Part shown: positions 1 to 9,872 of the stretch, piece by piece | Layout: the number at the start of each line of letters is the position of its first letter | Numbering within the stretch: position 1 is the stretch's first letter | Source of the DNA: Schmidtea nova | Taxonomy: Eukaryota | DNA length: 63,638 bases | Assembly (NCBI GenBank): GCA_044892505.1 | Contig: CM097883.1 | Coordinates: 231,756,363 to 231,820,000, forward strand | Reading direction: 5' to 3' | The notes under the pieces: generated by a model | Databases searched by the model: none | What the model saw: only the letters and a program-made list of their open reading frames with translations | Told to the model about the DNA's origin: nothing | Position numbers and translations under genes: made by a program

Positions 1-179
1 GACTATAGATCAAAATTTTTTTTTATAAACAATAACACAATATTTCGGCACAGCCTTTATAAAGGCTGTGCCGAAATATTGTGTTATTGTTTATAAAAAA
101 AAATTTTGATCTATAGTCATTATGAGAATTATTGATAATAATAATAAAAAAAGATCAAAGGTGAAAAAAGATAATTATG

Positions 180-212
<33 letters not shown>
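1..212. mobile_element. Family-A palindromic element (PLE-associated, non-autonomous), copy 1, cut by the window edge; centre deleted; (AAT)n tail
   Basis: About 1-59 is the reverse complement of about 60-119 (gactatagatcaaaa...ggcacagcctttat|aaaggctgtgccgaaa...gatctatagtc), followed by ...gatcaaaggtgaaaaaagataattatg(ata)n. Confidence 0.75.
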
Positions 213-214
<2 letters not shown>

Positions 215-518
215 TTTCATTTCCACTATCCGAAGTCCCATTAATTTTATCTAAACACCGAAAACAAAAAAGATTTCAAAGATATTTTGAAATGTGAAAT
301 TCTTTAAGGGCTCTCAAAGGTGGTCAGAAAGTTGAAGTCAAACTGAAACATAAATTTCTTATAAATTTAAACATTTGTTGATGCTCTCATTTTGTTGGCC
401 GGTTATCCATAATTTTAGTTTGAAATATCTAAATCCAGTAGGGTATTTAGAGTCCCAGGAACAATGAGCATCACATAACAAAACTTCATAAGTCAGTTTT
501 ATCTTTTTGCATATTAAC

Positions 519-604
519 CATTTAAATCATGGATATCCAATCTTTTGGCTTCTTTAGACCGCATTTGAAGAAATAAAACTGGCTCGGGTCGCACAAAAAA
601 TATG
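519..604 (-). CDS. Possible exon of an unrelated gene (IFFVRPEPVLFLQMRSKEAKRLDIHDLNG, loosely like the start of a C2 domain)
   Basis: Open frame bounded by attag and G|gttaat. The similarity to the C2 motif EAxxLxxxDxNG is judged by eye, and no convincing SDPY exon follows. Confidence 0.25.
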
Positions 605-720
605 CTAATTCTAATAATTGTTAAGCATAAAGTTATTAATTATTGATATAATGAGATTTGATCGCGAGGTTTCGTAATATAATTAGAAAAATTCCATAAT
701 TTTCTTATTATTTTTGTAAT

Positions 721-850
721 ACTGCAGGTCAAAGGCTGTGCCGAAACATCGTGTACCTAACAACGAAAAAGGATTTGACCTGTAGTCTTACAAAAATTAA
801 TATGAAAATTATTGACTTAAAATAAAGAGATCAAAGGTGAAACCAAAAGA
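721..850 (+). mobile_element. Diverged single arm of family A
   Basis: aaaggctgtgccgaaacatcgtgtac...tttgacctgtagtc...gagatcaaaggtgaaaccaaaagataatgatga aligns with the family-A arm. Confidence 0.65.
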
Positions 851-943
851 TAATGATGATATAATTAAGAAGGCATTACAAGGTTAATTTTTTTTATAAA
901 ATCCATATAATTTAACATTTGATCAATCTAGTTATAAACTTAT

Positions 944-1142
944 TTTTATTATCAATAATTCTCATAATGACTATAGATCAAAATTTTTTTTTATAAACAA
1001 TAACACAATATTTACTTGATAAAGGCTGTGCCGAAATATTGTGTTATTGTTTATAAAAAAAAATTTTGATCTATAGTCATTATGAGAATTATTGATAATA
1101 ATAATAAAAAAAGATCAAAGGCGAAAAAAGATAATTATGATA
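944..1142. mobile_element. Family-A palindromic element; left arm has lost its ribozyme part
   Basis: Inverted arms (atcaataattctcataatgactatagatc.../...gatctatagtcattatgagaattattgat) around tttacttgat. Confidence 0.75.
1013..1044 (+). ncRNA. Putative minimal type I hammerhead, U3-A8 core variant, with truncated stem I
   Basis: TAC-TTGATAA-A-GGC-TGT-GCC-GAAA-TA-T-T-GTG: core UUGAUAA, 3-bp stem II, GAAA, palindromic stem III remnant, 2-3 bp stem I. Confidence 0.45.
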
Positions 1143-1432
1143 AACTTATTTGTTTATTTAAAAATTTCCTGAGATTTGAAAGACAGATTAATTCATTATT
1201 GAAGGGATTTAATGTTTACAGTGACGTTTGGTGGAGAACACAGATATTCATTTTCAACAAACTTTACATCCAAGGGTCAAACGTGCGCATTATTCAAAGT
1301 CAAAATCGTTCACTATTCATAGGATGTATTATTCACTTGTTTGGATGTCTACAGAAATATCTTAAAATATTCAATTGTTTAATTTTATAATATTTAGAAT
1401 GAATGGTTGCATTTATAAACGAACTTTTCTAC

Positions 1433-1650
1433 GTTTTGATTTAATGAAATTTCATGCACATTTTCAGTTTGAATGGGTTCGGAAAATAATAGGCTCTGCT
1501 GATCACTTTCATCTATACTCTCGAAATCCTGTAAACAATACAAAAAATCTAATACGGATATTTTAGATAATATTTTACATTTGAAATTTCAAAAAGTTGT
1601 CCAAAAATAGATTCATCACAAATGATTTGATTGGCTGATTCGTCAGCTGT
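1433..1650 (-). CDS. Two probable exons (1650-1579 TADESANQIICDESIFGQLFEISN; 1528-1433 DFESIDESDQQSLLFSEPIQTENVHEISLNQN) of an unidentified acidic protein
   Basis: Both are phase 0, with AG/GT boundaries and a 50-bp intron (1529-1578) of the same size class as the main genes' introns. Confidence 0.4.
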
Positions 1651-1946
1651 CTAAATGATGAAATCAATAACAAGATTAAACTGGAGTTTTTAATACAATA
1701 TTTCAGACTATGTATCAGGGGTGCTCAAACATTTACAATGTAGAATACAATAGAGCCGCAAGATTTTCAATGTAAACTTAAATTTAAATTAATTTTTATT
1801 ACCATAATTAATTAATGACTAAACGCAGTTTTTTAACATTTATTTTACTTATATTAACGTAGGGGTTGTGAAATTTTCTTAAAATTTCATTTACATACAA
1901 AAATTTCAATTAGAACTTACTAAACTATTGAGCCACAAAAAATGCC

Positions 1947-2136
1947 NNNNNNNNNNNNNNNNNNNNNNNNNNNNNNNNNNNNNNNNNNNNNNNNNNNNNN
2001 NNNNNNNNNNNNNNNNNNNNNNNNNNNNNNNNNNNNNNNNNNNNNNNNNNNNNNNNNNNNNNNNNNNNNNNNNNNNNNNNNNNNNNNNNNNNNNNNNNNN
2101 NNNNNNNNNNNNNNNNNNNNNNNNNNNNNNNNNNNN
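1947..2136. other. N run (190 bp)
   Basis: Undetermined or masked bases. Confidence 0.95.
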
Positions 2137-2671
2137 TCCATACAAATTACACCCTATTTTCAAACAATTTTTCTTCGGATATACTTCTTAAGGGTAGGTG
2201 CACTTATAAGAGAAACGTTGAAAAATAAAATACGTTTGATACACCATATGCAATAAAATTTGAAGGTCTTTGTATATGATAAATGTCGTGAAGTTTAATA
2301 TTCTAGCAAATAAATTGTTTCAGTTATGAAAAGAGATTAAAAATGAAGGTTTGTGTATTTAAGTTTATTGAGTCGACTCAATTTAACTAGAAAAAGGGTT
2401 CAAACTCTTGTTATGTCTATATTAAAGACTTTTATGTCGAGGATACAACTTTATTTAAAAAATAAACAATTTGTAAGGATACAACTTTTTTACAACAATA
2501 CAACAAGGATACAACAATTATTTTTTAATTAAGAATTCATCAAGTTTTGTTTGCCTTTAATGAGGAAGTAAGAAAAGTGCAAGAGAAACAAAACCCCAAT
2601 AATAGAAGCTCTTCTTCAATTAATCCCTTGGTTTTAGTATAAATAACTAGTTATAAAATCAAAAGATTACC

Positions 2672-2815
2672 ATGTCGGATTTTAAAATCTTATCGAAAAA
2701 TCTTTATAATCATTATGAACGCATTAAATGTGAAGCGTTGTTGATAGCATCGTTGAATCCTAAAATTAATGTGCAGAATGCTGTGAACACGTGTATTTTG
2801 AATGTTTTTAAATAG
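2672..2815 (+). pseudogene. Penelope-like element GIY-YIG endonuclease C-terminal remnant
   Basis: Reads MSDFKILSKNLYNHYERIKCEALLIASLNPKINVQNAVNTCILNVFK*, homologous to the end of the 9873-10388 ORF (DFKIILKNFNNKWERILCEALVIKSQSPT...). Confidence 0.8.
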
Positions 2816-3096
2816 TTCATGTGTTTTGTTGTATTAAATTGAATGATGAAATTAATTAAAAATTAAAATTGAAAAAATTAAATTGAATGAGTTTTGAGTT
2901 AAAATTTAATAAGTAAAATTTTTTTTAAAAATATATATATTTTTTAAATATTTTAGAAATTTTAAATAACATTTGTAAATTAAAATTTTTATTTTAAAAT
3001 AAATGTTAGAAAAAAATTTCAAAAACAAAAAAGTTAACACCTATAATTTTTTTACATTAAAATTTTTTGTTTAGCCTGAATTAAGCATAGTTTTAT

Positions 3097-3140
3097 AGAG
3101 ACCTGATGATGGCAGAGAGTCTGTCGAAATATATTGTTCT
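3097..3140 (+). ncRNA. Minimal type I hammerhead ribozyme downstream of the PLE remnant
   Basis: AGAGAC-CTGATGA-T-GGCAG-AGAGT-CTGTC-GAAA-TATA-T-T-GTTCT: canonical core, 5-bp stem II, palindromic TATA stem III, stem I with one bulge. Confidence 0.65.
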
Positions 3141-3339
3141 TTTGTTGCATAAATGAGTAAAATAATTCGATTGTTTTTACAATTGAAAGCAAATATTAGG
3201 AAAAAATAATTCTTATTTTTCAAAATTTTTAATCATAACTTGTCGAGATGAAATCTACTTTTTAAATTTCTTTTTTTGAAAAAAAAATTCACAATTGATG
3301 ATAAAATTATAATTACTTTCTCTAATATTTTCTTTCTCC

Positions 3340-3439
3340 AATATTTTCTTTCTCCTAATTTCTGGTTTAATATAAATTATTAAAACAAAATTGTTTTAAT
3401 AATTTATAAAAAATCAGAATTCAGGAGAAAGAAAATATT
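3340..3439. repeat. About 100-bp imperfect foldback (MITE-like)
   Basis: aatattttctttctcct...tataaattattaaaacaa|aa|ttgttttaataatttata...aggagaaagaaaatatt. Confidence 0.6.
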
Positions 3440-3629
3440 CAACAAGAAGTGATAAGTCAATTGAAAATAATTTTGTTTTGGAGTGATCAGGATATTTTTA
3501 AGATCGAAATATTTCATCAACTAAACTTTATTGTTATATAATGAAATAGTTATGCCGATTATTTAAATAATTAGTTTGTGTAAATATTCGGCTTTTATGA
3601 TTATTATGATTTAAATCAAATTATGGATA

Positions 3630-3653
3630 TTAAAAGTTATAAATCGGATTTAA
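3630..3653 (-). CDS. Gene A putative terminal exon (LNPIYNF*)
   Basis: tttcag acceptor, phase 0 matches the upstream exon, TAA at 3630-3632, AATAAA about 100 bp downstream. Confidence 0.5.
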   Translation of the reverse strand, partial: LNPIYNF

Positions 3654-3711
3654 CTGAAATAAAATTTAAATTGATTAAAATTAATACATAATTTAGCAGA
3701 ATATCATTAAC

Positions 3712-3777
3712 CAAAATTTGTTTATTTCCTTCCAAAACTCTAAGTTGATTTAAGAGTTCTTTTGTTTTATCTTCATT
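3712..3777 (-). CDS. Gene A exon (NEDKTKELLNQLRVLEGNKQIL)
   Basis: AG/GT boundaries, 66 bp, phase 0-0; homologous to gene B exon 55078-55001. Confidence 0.8.
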
Positions 3778-3824
3778 CTAAAATCCAAAAATAGTTCATT
3801 AAAACAATGTTTAAGATTATTAAC

Positions 3825-3984
3825 TTTAATTCCTTGTTCTTGTAATATTCTAAGGCGATCATTCCAACTTTCAGTTTCCTTGAAATAACACTCTTTGATG
3901 TGTGCAAAATGAATGTCACTTTGTTTAAGAACTTCTCGATAAATGTTTAAATGTTGACTTAATTTTTCATTTTCTTCTTTATAT
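3825..3984 (-). CDS. Gene A exon, kinectin/RRBP1-like C-terminal coiled-coil motif (YKEENEKLSQHLNIYREVLKQ...ETESW)
   Basis: 160 bp, phase 2-0, the same length and phase as gene B exon 55283-55124; joins exon 7925-7849 in frame (AG+A). Confidence 0.85.
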
Positions 3985-4278
3985 CTAATATATTTAATAT
4001 CAATAAAAAATAGCAATAAAATTTAATTTGCATGTTACAAAAGTTTATAATCAATGTTTACATTTATTGTTTTGTTTAAATAAATTAAAAATAATTTCAA
4101 CAAAACTTCATAAAAATTCGTAAATCAAGCCAATAAGTGAAAATCTAAACAAACAATAGAAATTATTGTATCTTAAAAAAAATTTTACAATTAATTTTAA
4201 TGGTTTTATTTACTCTTCTTTTATTGTGTGACATGCTTCCGGAATCAATTTGCTGACGTTATTTATTGAAATTTCAAT

Positions 4279-4280
<2 letters not shown>

Positions 4281-4358
<78 letters not shown>
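4281..4358. repeat. (TACA)n/(CA)n/(TA)n microsatellite
   Basis: Direct inspection. Confidence 0.9.
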
Positions 4359-4360
<2 letters not shown>

Positions 4361-4530
4361 TAATTATCTTTTTTCACCTTTGATCTTTTTTTATTATTAT
4401 TATCAATAATTCTCATAATGACTATAGATCAAAATTTTTTTTTTATAAACAATAACACTATTGTTATTGTTTATAAAAAAAAAATTTTGATCTATAGTCA
4501 TTATGAGAATTATTGATAATAATAATATAT
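4358..4530. mobile_element. Family-A palindrome with both ribozyme segments deleted from the centre
   Basis: Arms meet at aaacaataaca-ctat-tgttattgttt. Confidence 0.75.
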
Positions 4531-4537
4531 ATATATA

Positions 4538-4725
4538 TCAATAATTGCCATAATGTTAAGACTATAGATCAAAATTTCTTTAAAAAGTACACATTATTTC
4601 GGCACAACCTTTAATACACACTTGATAAATGCTGTGTCGAAATATTGTGTACTTGTTTAAAAAAATTTTGATCTATAGTCTTACCATTATGGCAATTATT
4701 GATATTAATATTGAAAAAAGATAAT

Positions 4726-4730
<5 letters not shown>
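4538..4730. mobile_element. Family-A palindrome (diverged subfamily) followed by (TA)n to about 4790
   Basis: caataattgccataatg...ggcacaacctttaatacacacttgataaatgctgtgtcgaaatattgtgtac...ccattatggcaattattg. Confidence 0.75.
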
Positions 4731-4794
<64 letters not shown>

Positions 4795-5149
4795 TTAAAT
4801 ATCATTCTTGGCTCCTGGTCAAGGATTTCGTGGGAGTTTTGACGATTGGATCCAATATTTCTATAAATTTTCAATTCAAAGTCACTTCCTACTGAGTCTA
4901 TTTGGTTACCGATAGTTAAAGTTATTACTTAAAGCAATGGAGATATTTGTTTTAAAACCAATACAATTTACTACCTTTCGAATTGTGATTTATTTACAGC
5001 ATCAGATTGGTGTCAAGAAAAAGATAGAAATGGTAAATGATAAGATCATTAATTATTATTTTATTATTTCTATTCATATTAATTTGATATTTGATATTTA
5101 TCATTTTATAAATTTTTGTTATTATATTTGTATTATTGACCTGCACAAT

Positions 5150-5750
5150 TTAACAAACCCCACTATATCACGATTATGTAAATTTCTTCATGCAATTCCC
5201 TCATTTAAATCTGAATATTTAAACAACTTAACGATTTTAGGATGAATTAAAATAAATACCAAGTCTTTCGAAAATGCGTATGTTAAAGAAGTGAATGCTG
5301 AATATGATGATTTTCTATGTTTTGAAATTAATCCAAAATTTAACGAACCTCTCTTGTTTGATCTAGTAGAAAAGTATGAAAATGAAAGTTCTGAAAATGA
5401 AAAAACAAATGATAATTCTGTTGAAGAGGTAAAAGAAGATACAGTAATAACAGGATTCAAAGTCTATGCAAGAAAACTTGAAAAATACTTCCAAGCTAAT
5501 ATTCCTGACAAGATGAACAAAATATGGGATTTGATTGATGAAATTCATGGAGAAAAAGCATCTAGACAATTGAAAATCACGGACTTTATTATGCATCAAA
5601 GAAATAAAAATTGTGATAAATAGGTGTAATAAATACATTTTTTGTGAAATCTTTGATATTGTTATGCTAATAACAGTTCATATTATTTTTTAATTTGAAC
5701 ATTTGAAAAAATTGGAACGCTAGTGTAGCCATATTAAACAGGGTTGACTG
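5150..5750 (+). mobile_element. pogo/Tigger-like DNA transposon 3' remnant
   Basis: ORF 5291-5623 is acidic and ends in RQLKITDFI, a PIP-box-like motif as at pogo transposase C-termini. The terminus ...aaacagggttgactg|TA (reverse complement TA|CAGTCAACCCTG) fits pogo CAGT ends and a TA TSD. Confidence 0.5.
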
Positions 5751-5888
5751 TATTATATAAATTTACATACTAAATTAAAAAATTATAAATTGCTAACATA
5801 ATTTTATATATTTAATTTATTACAGTTTGTTTTAAATATAATAATTAATTTTTTAAAAATCAATTAATCTCATATTAATAATTCTTAC

Positions 5889-7450
5889 ACCCCTTGTTTA
5901 TAAGCTTTTAATAATTCAACATTTCTTTTCAACAGTTTTCTTTTTTTTATAATTCGTATTTTATTTTACCTAATTTCTAGATTATTTTGAAAAGACCCAC
6001 ATATTTCTTTCACTTTTATTAACATTTGGCTATTTATTATAAATTCTTTGTTTATTATATTATCTTGTTTGTATTTCCTTTTCCTGTTTTCAAAACCATA
6101 TTTCGTACCTCATTTAACCTGTCGAATTTTGTACAGTTGCATTTAGAATGAATTCTATTTTTGGTAATATCTCTGACCAATCATTGTGTCGTTTGTCTTT
6201 CAATGAGGCATTTAAATAATCTATGATTGTTCTGAACTGACTTTCTATTAGTCCATCTGCATTGAGATGATATGGGCTTGAATATTTTATTTTTATAAAG
6301 TGCATTTTCATTAGTTCTTTAAACACATTAGATTCAAATATTATTTCACAATCAAAATTAATTATTTTTGATGCTCCGAATTTTAGGATATAAATTTTTT
6401 CATAATTGTGTTTACAGTGGTTTTATCATCTTGTTTTGAAACTGATTTAGTCCTATATATTGACAAAATTGATCAATCTTTGCGAAAATATATTTCTTTC
6501 GAAGAAAGCTTACTTGAGGTGAACCACAAAAGTTTCAATGGATTATCTTTAATTATCTAACTTATACTTGTTTTATTATTATCTCTTTTGTTTTAGTTGT
6601 CATTGCCTTCTGTTTTTGGAGATTAAACAGTCATATTTTGCTATTTTTGTCTTTGACTTAAACTTTTCCCATAAGTATCATATTTGAAATATTGTGGAAA
6701 TAGCTAAAGGTTCCTTCCTTGTTATGAAGTATTCTAGTTCATGTTTGTTCATTGAATGTTAACCAAACGCTAAAACTTTCATTTTCTTCCATATCTCTTT
6801 TTGATAAAACAGTACATATTGTGTCAAAATTGGAATCCGTATCTAAAATAAAATCGCCTTTAAAATTTGAATATGTAAGTATTGGTTCTAGTGATAAACT
6901 TTAAAGATTATCACAACTGACTATACAGATAACAATGACACGATCAATTCAATATCATCACAGGTTATTATACAATGCTTATTACAGCATTTATTACAGC
7001 TTATTACAACACTAGCTTATAATTCCTAAATTTTAACGATCACTCATTTCTGACTTGTATTCAACAATTGACAAAGCGAACTGGATGTTCTCTTTCTTTG
7101 ACCTGATATATACTCGATAGGCTTCGACTCCTTTATTATTCGATTAATTCTTTTTTCTCACGTTTTCCAATAATACAACTTTATTTTGACTCAATAAGTT
7201 TCTTAATCAGTTTCCTCTATCACAATTTAATTTATCAATCTAAGTTCTAATTCATCTGCTGAGTTTCTCCCTTTTATAGTTTGTTATTCCTTGGTACTTG
7301 AGAGTACTCTTGTTTTCCCATTTTTTTGCCTTCAGCATATTTCATACTTTCTTCATAGCTCCTGCATCATCTCTGACAGTTGTCGATATATGTCATTATT
7401 TTCATTTTAGTTATTTCGAATGTTCTTCTGCACTTTTTTTATCTCTGACA
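5889..7450 (-). mobile_element. Degenerate Gypsy/Ty3 LTR retrotransposon remnant in a gene A intron
   Basis: RNase H fragment GDFILDTDSNFDTICTVLS (about 6780-6860), integrase fragment SSPYHLNADGLIESQFRTI...ILPKIEFILNAT (6114-6326), and PPT aagggg followed by TG at 5889. Many stops; outer boundary approximate. Confidence 0.8.
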
Positions 7451-7848
7451 AGCTGTCAAGATATAAATTTTCCTCTTATTTTTGTTTTCAATTTTGGAAT
7501 TTATTTTTACCTTTTGTATTTGTTAATTAGCAATAACCTTCTTTTACTTTATTGTTTGAAATGTTTTATTTTTTTAAATTTTTTACTCTCATTCTTTCTT
7601 CTCAGAATTTCAGAACATAACACTGTTTACTCTATCAAATTTCCCCCAAACATTTTATTTATTTTTTATGATATTATTTAATTTTATTATTTAGGTTTCC
7701 TCAACAGTTATAAGAAATAGCATCGAATATCACAAAACACATTGAATACATAATAATACTGGAGACTATAAAACCAATACTGTAATAAAAGTTTATTTTA
7801 TAAAATAAATAAATTTATAACGCATACTTTGCTAATTTGTCACGTAAC

Positions 7849-7925
7849 CTTGAATTTTCAAAATCATGTTCATTGATGGATGATTTAGATGCCTCCCATA
7901 TTTCTTCATATTTTGAATTAATTAT
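7849..7925 (-). CDS. Gene A exon (IINSKYEEIWEASKSSINEHDFENS)
   Basis: 77 bp, phase 0-2, AG/GT boundaries, 45-bp upstream intron. Confidence 0.8.
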
Positions 7926-7970
7926 CTATACTTTTATAATTTAGAAACAAAGTTAAAAAAACTAAATTAC

Positions 7971-8054
7971 ATCTTGGTCTTTTAATAATTGATGGAATCG
8001 GCCTTGGAGTTGCGATTTCGGAAAAAATGACTCTTGGATTGATGCTCTCAACTC
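7971..8054 (-). CDS. Gene A exon (ELRASIQESFFPKSQLQGRFHQLLKDQD)
   Basis: 84 bp, phase 0-0, the same size as and homologous to gene B exon 58161-58078. Confidence 0.85.
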
Positions 8055-8096
8055 CTACAAAACAAAAAAATACAAACAAAAAGAATCTTCAATTAC

Positions 8097-8175
8097 CTGA
8101 TTTTTATTTCGTTGCTCTGCTATTTCAACATTTAGTTTCTCAATAGAATCTAAAAATTTTACCGTCGAAGAAATC
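8097..8175 (-). CDS. Gene A exon (ISSTVKFLDSIEKLNVEIAEQRNKNQ)
   Basis: 79 bp, phase 2-0, the same size as and homologous to gene B exon 60046-59968 (LDSIEKLNFEISEQR). Confidence 0.85.
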
Positions 8176-8216
8176 CTAACAAAGTATAAAAGAATCCAAA
8201 TACTCGAACGTCTTAC

Positions 8217-8326
8217 TTTAAAGAGGTTATATCGCTTTCACAAAAAGAATTAACATGAAACTTAAAAGCTTCAACTGAACAAGATGGAAATTCTTGAATT
8301 CCAGGAATGTGATTTTCTATATTTTC
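8217..8326 (-). CDS. Gene A exon (ENIENHIPGIQEFPSCSVEAFKFHVNSFCESDITSL)
   Basis: 110 bp, phase 0-2, gtaaga donor, 41-bp downstream intron; phase compatible with the giant-exon donor at 11333. Confidence 0.75.
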
Positions 8327-8627
8327 CTAAGATTTAGTTTAGGATAAAAAATACGACTTGAATTATAAAACATTGCTAGGTTCTTATTTATATTTTATAA
8401 TATACATCATTAAAAATATGCTTATCAAATGTCAATAAACATAGAATTTCCCAGTTTACATATATCAGTGTTTGAAAGTACAAAATGGAGATTTCTTGGT
8501 AGCAGCATTTATTAAGTATTAAATAATTAATAAATGAAAAAATAAGACTTTGCTGCAAAAGTTATTATTAAGTGAAAATTTTCGATTATAAAATAATCCT
8601 TATCAATCTCATATTCAAAATATGGCC

Positions 8628-8800
8628 TGAATCTTCACCGTATATTACTGTTTCTTTCTAGTGAATTATCTCTTTTATTTTATTGGATGTAAATCTGATT
8701 AATATAAATTTTAAAATTTAAAATTAATATAAATCAGATTTACATTCAATAGAAAAGAGATACTTCATGAGAAAGAAACAGCAATACATGAGGAAGATTC
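8628..8800. repeat. About 170-bp imperfect foldback (MITE-like)
   Basis: gaatcttc...ctgtttctttct...tgtaaatctgatt / aaatcagatttaca...agaaagaaacag...gaagattc. Confidence 0.65.
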
Positions 8801-8903
8801 CAGTTTTATTTTGAATTTCCAAACATGCTTTATTTGACCCAGAAAATAACAATATTCAGACTACAAAACAATTATTGATTATCACATATGGCTACATAGA
8901 TTA

Positions 8904-9060
8904 NNNNNNNNNNNNNNNNNNNNNNNNNNNNNNNNNNNNNNNNNNNNNNNNNNNNNNNNNNNNNNNNNNNNNNNNNNNNNNNNNNNNNNNNNNNNNNNNN
9001 NNNNNNNNNNNNNNNNNNNNNNNNNNNNNNNNNNNNNNNNNNNNNNNNNNNNNNNNNNNN
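8904..9060. other. N run (157 bp)
   Basis: Undetermined or masked bases abutting a family-A element. Confidence 0.95.
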
Positions 9061-9228
9061 ATAGATCAAAATTTTTTTTTATAAACAATAACACAATATT
9101 TCGGCACAGCCTTTATCAAGTGTGTATTTCTGTGCCGAAATATTGTGTTATTGTTTATAAAAAAAAAATTTTGATCTATAGTCATTATGAGAATTATTGA
9201 TAATAATAATAAAAAAAGATCAAAGGTG
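9061..9228. mobile_element. Family-A palindrome flanked by N runs
   Basis: Inverted arms; the left arm keeps the full ribozyme segment. Confidence 0.75.
9087..9129 (-). ncRNA. Best-preserved putative U3-A8 variant type I hammerhead
   Basis: Reverse complement: AATA(C)ACAC-TTGATAA-A-GGC-TGT-GCC-GAAA-TA-T-T-GTGT-TATT; 8-bp bulged stem I formed within one arm. Confidence 0.55.
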
Positions 9229-9403
9229 NNNNNNNNNNNNNNNNNNNNNNNNNNNNNNNNNNNNNNNNNNNNNNNNNNNNNNNNNNNNNNNNNNNNNNNN
9301 NNNNNNNNNNNNNNNNNNNNNNNNNNNNNNNNNNNNNNNNNNNNNNNNNNNNNNNNNNNNNNNNNNNNNNNNNNNNNNNNNNNNNNNNNNNNNNNNNNNN
9401 NNN
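9229..9403. other. N run (175 bp)
   Basis: Undetermined or masked bases. Confidence 0.95.
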
Positions 9404-9443
9404 ATGGCCTATTATTAATAAAAACACGAAATCGCCAAACAAT

Positions 9444-9482
9444 AGAAATATATTTCAAGGACATAGTCCTCATCATCAGTCT
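9444..9482 (-). ncRNA. Minimal type I hammerhead, mirror copy in the left PLE arm
   Basis: Reverse complement of 10457-10495. Confidence 0.65.
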
Positions 9483-9872
9483 GCCATCATAATCTAAATC
9501 AAATGTTATATACGGAAACAGTAATGGCGTAATGGCTATGATTTAATGAGTTAATTAAATAATCTCAATAAATTTGTTGCTGATTGAATATTAATTGTAG
9601 GGGATTGTGATTTAATCACCAACGCCTCACATAATATTCTTTCCCATTTATTATTAAAGTTTTTTAATATAATTTTAAAATCTTTTAAATCAGTTTCTCC
9701 TATACACATTTTTCTATGCTCAATAATATTACTCACACCTCTCAATCGGCTATGTTCCTGAACCCGTGTGCGGAGATGACGGGAAGTCTCTCCAATGTAT
9801 GTGGCATTGCACCCATTACAAGAAAACTTATACACTAGATCAGAAACTAAACCTATTGGGGTTTGAGATTTA

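Noticed and set aside
1082-1390. ORFs starting MRIIDNNNKKRSK (also at 4416, 9187 and related ones at 56826-57503)
   Set aside because: They start inside the family-A repeat and diverge immediately into unrelated flanks or microsatellite.
7298-7681. 127-aa hydrophobic plus-strand ORF as a membrane protein
   Set aside because: Antisense to the A-rich, gag-side part of the Gypsy remnant; the composition reflects T-richness.
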